Shown here: positions 60,037-64,000 of the stretch, in pieces
Numbering within the stretch: position 1 is the stretch's first letter
Layout: every line of letters starts with the position of its first letter
IMG/VR virus record: IMGVR_UViG_3300047476_001246
Direction: 5' to 3' (one strand)
Source: a virus
Length of the DNA: 64,000 nucleotides
Translations under genes and position numbers: made by a program
The notes under the pieces: model-generated
The model's database searches: none
What the model was told of the DNA's origin: nothing
The model's input: the letters and a program-made list of their open reading frames with translations, nothing else

Positions 60037-60630
60037 TTATTTGTCAATACGGCTTTGCTCCCATTTCTTCCAAACAGTCCATGATTGCCCGGTTTGGCAA
60101 ACATATCCTTTGTACTGTACTGCCGTACCGTTTGGTCGAATTTCATTTTCAAGAAAAATACTGCAAGTCAAATTTTGGTTATCTACAGGATACACAAAAC
60201 GGATTGATCCATCTGCGTTTACAAATTTTGGATCTATGGTTAGATCGCTTAGATTGACCTGTTGTCCCACCCGTACTGCACTCACTGATTTTTTAGCAGT
60301 GTCGCATACTGTTTCAACGCTTTGTTGAACACTCACGTTGTGTTCTGGTATTTTGTCTAGCATCCAGGTGCTAGCAGAGTCTCTAGCAGCCATACAGGCC
60401 CTGACTGCGGTATTGGCTTCACCGTATTTTTCGGCCCAGGTCCAAGTACGATCAACTAGAACTCTAAAAGAGTATGTGCATTTGTAATGATTCTTGCCCA
60501 ATTGCACATGCGATTCCCTTTGACTGTCGACGGGCAAGCCACCAACACTTAGAATTTCTTTTCGTTGAAAGCATTCAGCATTGGCCGCCGTTGCAGTTGC
60601 TAGTAGCAAACCAACAATTAATTTCTGCAT
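60037..60630 (-). CDS. Secreted hypothetical protein
   Basis: Signal peptide ending ANA. Confidence 0.7.
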   Translation of the reverse strand: MQKLIVGLLLATATAANAECFQRKEILSVGGLPVDSQRESHVQLGKNHYKCTYSFRVLVDRTWTWAEKYGEANTAVRACMAARDSASTWMLDKIPEHNVSVQQSVETVCDTAKKSVSAVRVGQQVNLSDLTIDPKFVNADGSIRFVYPVDNQNLTCSIFLENEIRPNGTAVQYKGYVCQTGQSWTVWKKWEQSRIDK

Positions 60631-60938
60631 GTTTTTCTCCGGTCATACTCGGCCATGCGTTGAACTGCACTGCGCCGGCCTTCGTCAATATTGCGACGCT
60701 CTTGATATGTTCCATCATTAACAGATGCAAAGAATCCAAACCAACTGCGAATCAACAATGCGTTTACAATTTCATCTCGTTCACTTACTCGTTGACTTTC
60801 AAGGAAATCTTTTTGACCCTTGTCTGAACAGTCAATTTGATAGTGATTGAGGTCTTTTGTAGTTATCCTTGTTTCTGTAGTCATAGCAGAACATCCAGAC
60901 AACACAAAAGCCATTAGCGCGATGGTTTGGAGCCGCAT
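60618..60938 (-). CDS. Lipoprotein
   Basis: Lipobox LSGC. Confidence 0.7.
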   Translation of the reverse strand: MRLQTIALMAFVLSGCSAMTTETRITTKDLNHYQIDCSDKGQKDFLESQRVSERDEIVNALLIRSWFGFFASVNDGTYQERRNIDEGRRSAVQRMAEYDRRKTCRN

Positions 60939-61183
60939 AGTTCGTCCGAATCAAGTAGTTTCTGATTAATAATGCCATTCTTTTGTCTGGCCACCGGATC
61001 CCATTCAAAGCTGGATTCGTCGATCAGTTTCAGGCTTCTTTGAAGCAAATTCCGTTCCATGCTCTTGTTGGTGCAACTGACCTGCCACTTGTTCAAGGTA
61101 GCATTGGGCGGTGCATGCTCAGTGGGCGGCAATAGCGCACAGCCACTGAGCACTGCTGGAATTATAAAACAAAAACGTTTCAT
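60914..61183 (-). CDS. Lipoprotein
   Basis: Lipobox LSGC. Confidence 0.65.
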   Translation of the reverse strand: MKRFCFIIPAVLSGCALLPPTEHAPPNATLNKWQVSCTNKSMERNLLQRSLKLIDESSFEWDPVARQKNGIINQKLLDSDELCGSKPSR

Positions 61184-61346
61184 TATTTTCTACTAGGGAC
61201 CGCAGCAGACTTAAATGCTGCCATGGCTTCCACGTCCGTACAGCCGGCATTGCGCTGAATGTACTTGACAGCGTCGCGGCTGTTGAGTTGAAGAACAAAA
61301 ATTGCTTCGTCTGCGTATCGTTGTGCTCGGGTCATGCCTATTTCCT

Positions 61347-61760
61347 TTACCATGATGAATTGTAAAAAACTTTAAGTCCAGTGAACAGCTCTGCTCTTGC
61401 TTCTCGAATAAATCGCAGATCCTGTTCTCGATAATAATCGTCACTGGCTTCGCCAAAAAAGAATCCTCTAGTGTCCAGTTTGGACACAGTGCCGTGGGTT
61501 ATATCATGTTCCAGCTGATCAAGATCCTCCCAAGTTAGTTCAAGTTCAACACCATTAAACATCGGATCCGCAGCGGGATCGGTATTTCGACTGCGCCATA
61601 GTTGTTCCATCCAGCCCTGCAGATTGGGATGTTTACGCCAATAGGCAATTTCGCGCGGCTTGGCCACAGTTCGTTGATCTTCGGGAACGTCGTATTGATC
61701 CCACCATTCTTCGCTTTGGCCGGCTTTGGCGGCTGCATAAGCATATTGATCTAGTCCCAC
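61347..61760 (-). CDS. Phage hypothetical protein (MGLDQY...YWRKH...GFFFG...YNSSW)
   Basis: Recognisable phage family motif; GGAGG RBS. Confidence 0.8.
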   Translation of the reverse strand: MGLDQYAYAAAKAGQSEEWWDQYDVPEDQRTVAKPREIAYWRKHPNLQGWMEQLWRSRNTDPAADPMFNGVELELTWEDLDQLEHDITHGTVSKLDTRGFFFGEASDDYYREQDLRFIREARAELFTGLKVFYNSSW

Positions 61761-62196
61761 ACTACCTCCCGCAATTAAACTATAACTCTATTATACAAAA
61801 TGGGTGAATTATGGTCAATCTTTTTTTGGACCAAGTTTGACAACTGTGAGCTTGTTGCTGTTTGGTTTGTTGAATTTCAGCGTGGGTTTGACCGCTGCGA
61901 ATTCTTTGCTCACATAGTACTCGCAAAGACGATGGCGGCAAAGGGTAGGGATATCTTCGAAGCCGGGTTCAAGAATGAACTGGTAAGGGCTCCGACCCCA
62001 AGTAGAAAATTTTAAAAAATGGTAATAGGCTTTACGGTGCTCTTTGGTATTGGCATCAAAAACTGTATGCGGGCGGCAATTCAGTAGTAAGTTATTCACT
62101 GTTGATTCCTCTAAGAGATTTAACAAGCCTACATATTAACACAAAGAAAAAGCCCTGTCAAGCAGGGCTTTGAGTGTTGCGTTTTAACAACAATGT

Positions 62197-62415
62197 TTAC
62201 TTTTTAGCAACAGTTTGTTTGGGAAAACTAGCAATTGCTGAATCAGCAACAGTTTTAGCTAGTTCAAAACTGGTGTTGTAAAAGGTCTTGGCAAAGGCAG
62301 CATTGGCATCAACCAAGGTTTCTAGGCTGGAACGTACATCTTCGTTTGGAACATGGATTAATACCGATTTGGTGGTCTTGACTGCATTGTCAACTAGGGT
62401 ATCTACTGTAAACAT
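62197..62415 (-). CDS. Small Ala-rich protein, phasin-like (weak)
   Basis: AGGAG RBS; terminator at 62147-62171. Confidence 0.55.
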   Translation of the reverse strand: MFTVDTLVDNAVKTTKSVLIHVPNEDVRSSLETLVDANAAFAKTFYNTSFELAKTVADSAIASFPKQTVAKK

Positions 62416-62557
62416 TTGAATCTCCTTAAAGTGTAATGTTCAATTATTATACTATTATATATGCTGCATTGCAACATAGAATATGCTCATATAATGATTT
62501 TATTCGCTCATTTTAAATCGCTAAATATTTTACATATTTTATCAAGGAGATGTTTAA

Positions 62558-62869
62558 ATGGAAATCGTAATTATTGTTCTAGTAGCTATTGCTTTAGCCG
62601 GTTGGTGGATTTGGAAAGAAGGCAAGCACGAATCCAGCGGTTCGCATCCATTGGATGGAGCTACCAAAAATTCCGTTTTAGATGTTAATCAAGATGGCAA
62701 GGTTGATTTAAAAGACGCTGTAGCCGCAGCCGAAGTGGTTGTTGAAAAAACAAAGAAAACCGCGACCAAGGCAAAAACAGTGGCCAAAGCGACTGCTTCC
62801 AAAGTAAAAACTGCTGCCAAGAAAACTGCCGCTAACAAAACTGCTGCAAAAAAATCTAAAGCTAAATGA
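62558..62869 (+). CDS. Membrane-anchored protein with EF-hand-like loop and Lys/Ala-rich tail
   Basis: TM helix, DVNQDGKVDLKD, KTAAKK repeats; CTAAATA promoter and AGGAG RBS. Confidence 0.75.
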   Translation: MEIVIIVLVAIALAGWWIWKEGKHESSGSHPLDGATKNSVLDVNQDGKVDLKDAVAAAEVVVEKTKKTATKAKTVAKATASKVKTAAKKTAANKTAAKKSKAK

Positions 62870-63993
62870 TAGAAATAATGCCACTGACTAATGTCAGTGT
62901 TTATGTCGATACCGGTGTTAGTTCGTGGCATTTCTTTCAACTCAATGACTACAAGTATAGATTTTTTCCAAAGGATCTATACAACAATATCGAAGAATTT
63001 TTATCTTCCACAGCTGATTTAAAATTAGCCAGCTTTCATGTGCCGTTTCCGGCAAACCATGATTGGATAGATCGATTCCATCAGTTATACAAAACTGTTT
63101 CACACACTTTTATATTTTGTTCCGAGCTTCACGAAGCCACAGTAAAACAAATAATTGCACTTGATCTTCCTAATGTATCGTTGTACATTTGCGGACGTAT
63201 CAAACACCAATTCAAACACGCCCGTGTTTACCAATGGATGGATTGGTTCATTACTACCAGTCACTTTTACAAAAATATCCGCCCAGAACTATTAGAACAA
63301 AAACTACAAAAAACCACTAACAAAGAAAAACGTTTTGATGTGTTATTGGGTTGCGCTCGCACTCATAGGGATTTTGTTTATTCATCTATAGTCGAACGTC
63401 AACTACATGATCAGGTCGTTATGAGCTATCACAAGTCGGCCAACCAAGATTTAAAAAATACTTCTTTTGTGTTTGAAACCGAAGGGCTTGAATTTGAAAC
63501 TGCAAGAACATACCAACATACCATTGATCCTGTTGTTTATTACGGAAAAGGAATGTCTCTAAGTCAGGTGATTCCGATCTCAGTGTACAACAAAACTTGT
63601 TATTCTGTTGTTGCAGAAACCAATTTTGCCAATGATTATAATTTTTACACTGAAAAAATTGTTAAACCAATACTGGCGGGAAGGTTGTTTGTTGCCATTG
63701 CAGGACAAGGTTATTTGGAATTTTTAAGATCTCTTGGTTTCCGAACATTCGGTAGTGTGATAGACGAGTCATACGACCAAGAACCCAATGATAGCACGAG
63801 ATGGACAATGGCCATGGATCAAATTGAAATACTTTGTTCAAAAGATCCTGCAGATGTAATTGGTCAAATTCAAGAAATTGTTGACCATAACCAGCAGCTT
63901 ATGTTAACTACAGACTGGTACGGTCAACTTGCACATGACTTTATTAAAGAATTAGATTTGCTTATAGGGCCTGCTCAAATAGCTGCTGGCTAG
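62866..63993 (+). CDS. Hypothetical protein, possibly glycosyltransferase-related
   Basis: VVAET...TEKIVKPI...LGFRTF...IDESYD motif. Confidence 0.6.
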   Translation: MIEIMPLTNVSVYVDTGVSSWHFFQLNDYKYRFFPKDLYNNIEEFLSSTADLKLASFHVPFPANHDWIDRFHQLYKTVSHTFIFCSELHEATVKQIIALDLPNVSLYICGRIKHQFKHARVYQWMDWFITTSHFYKNIRPELLEQKLQKTTNKEKRFDVLLGCARTHRDFVYSSIVERQLHDQVVMSYHKSANQDLKNTSFVFETEGLEFETARTYQHTIDPVVYYGKGMSLSQVIPISVYNKTCYSVVAETNFANDYNFYTEKIVKPILAGRLFVAIAGQGYLEFLRSLGFRTFGSVIDESYDQEPNDSTRWTMAMDQIEILCSKDPADVIGQIQEIVDHNQQLMLTTDWYGQLAHDFIKELDLLIGPAQIAAG

Positions 63994-64000
63994 CTAGATT

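Noticed and set aside
1-64000. Genome-wide UAG recoding (code 15)
   Set aside because: Long genes are intact under code 11 and several end at TAG at expected positions; I found only one clean in-frame TAG

Overview
64 kb of a large T4-like/jumbo bacteriophage genome, almost entirely on the minus strand, standard genetic code. The pqqA sequence hints at a proteobacterial host (inference). From left to right: the 5' part of a tail/baseplate gene; host-like genes (ErpA, SOD, IF-1, amidinotransferase, aminoacyl-tRNA-protein-transferase-like); many small early ORFs; a ~15 kb tRNA region (13.4-28.2 kb, about 30 tRNA or tRNA-like genes covering all 20 amino acids) containing clpP, HNH endonucleases, a radical SAM gene, a GOLLD RNA and a dense block of unexplained structured RNAs; a metabolic cassette (BKACE, SDR, PP-loop, acyl-CoA ligase, DctP, pqqA, AhpC/AhpD); an amber-suppressor tRNA; DNA ligase; a permuted two-piece tmRNA; a DNA methyltransferase; a GGQ release-factor-like gene; putative virion-packaged enzymes; and lipoproteins. 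Most notable: (1) a leaderless 40-codon leader ORF that uses all 20 amino acids within 29 codons and overlaps a terminator/antiterminator switch at the head of the tRNA array, a candidate pan-codon attenuator sensing translational or tRNA stress; (2) an amber tRNA near a gene with UAG at codon 3; (3) a phosphoesterase split by a 10-nt CUU-UAG-AUGA-CUU gap resembling programmed ribosomal bypassing; (4) a family of conserved stem scaffolds punctuating CCA-ending non-tRNA RNAs. All calls are by eye; no searches were run.
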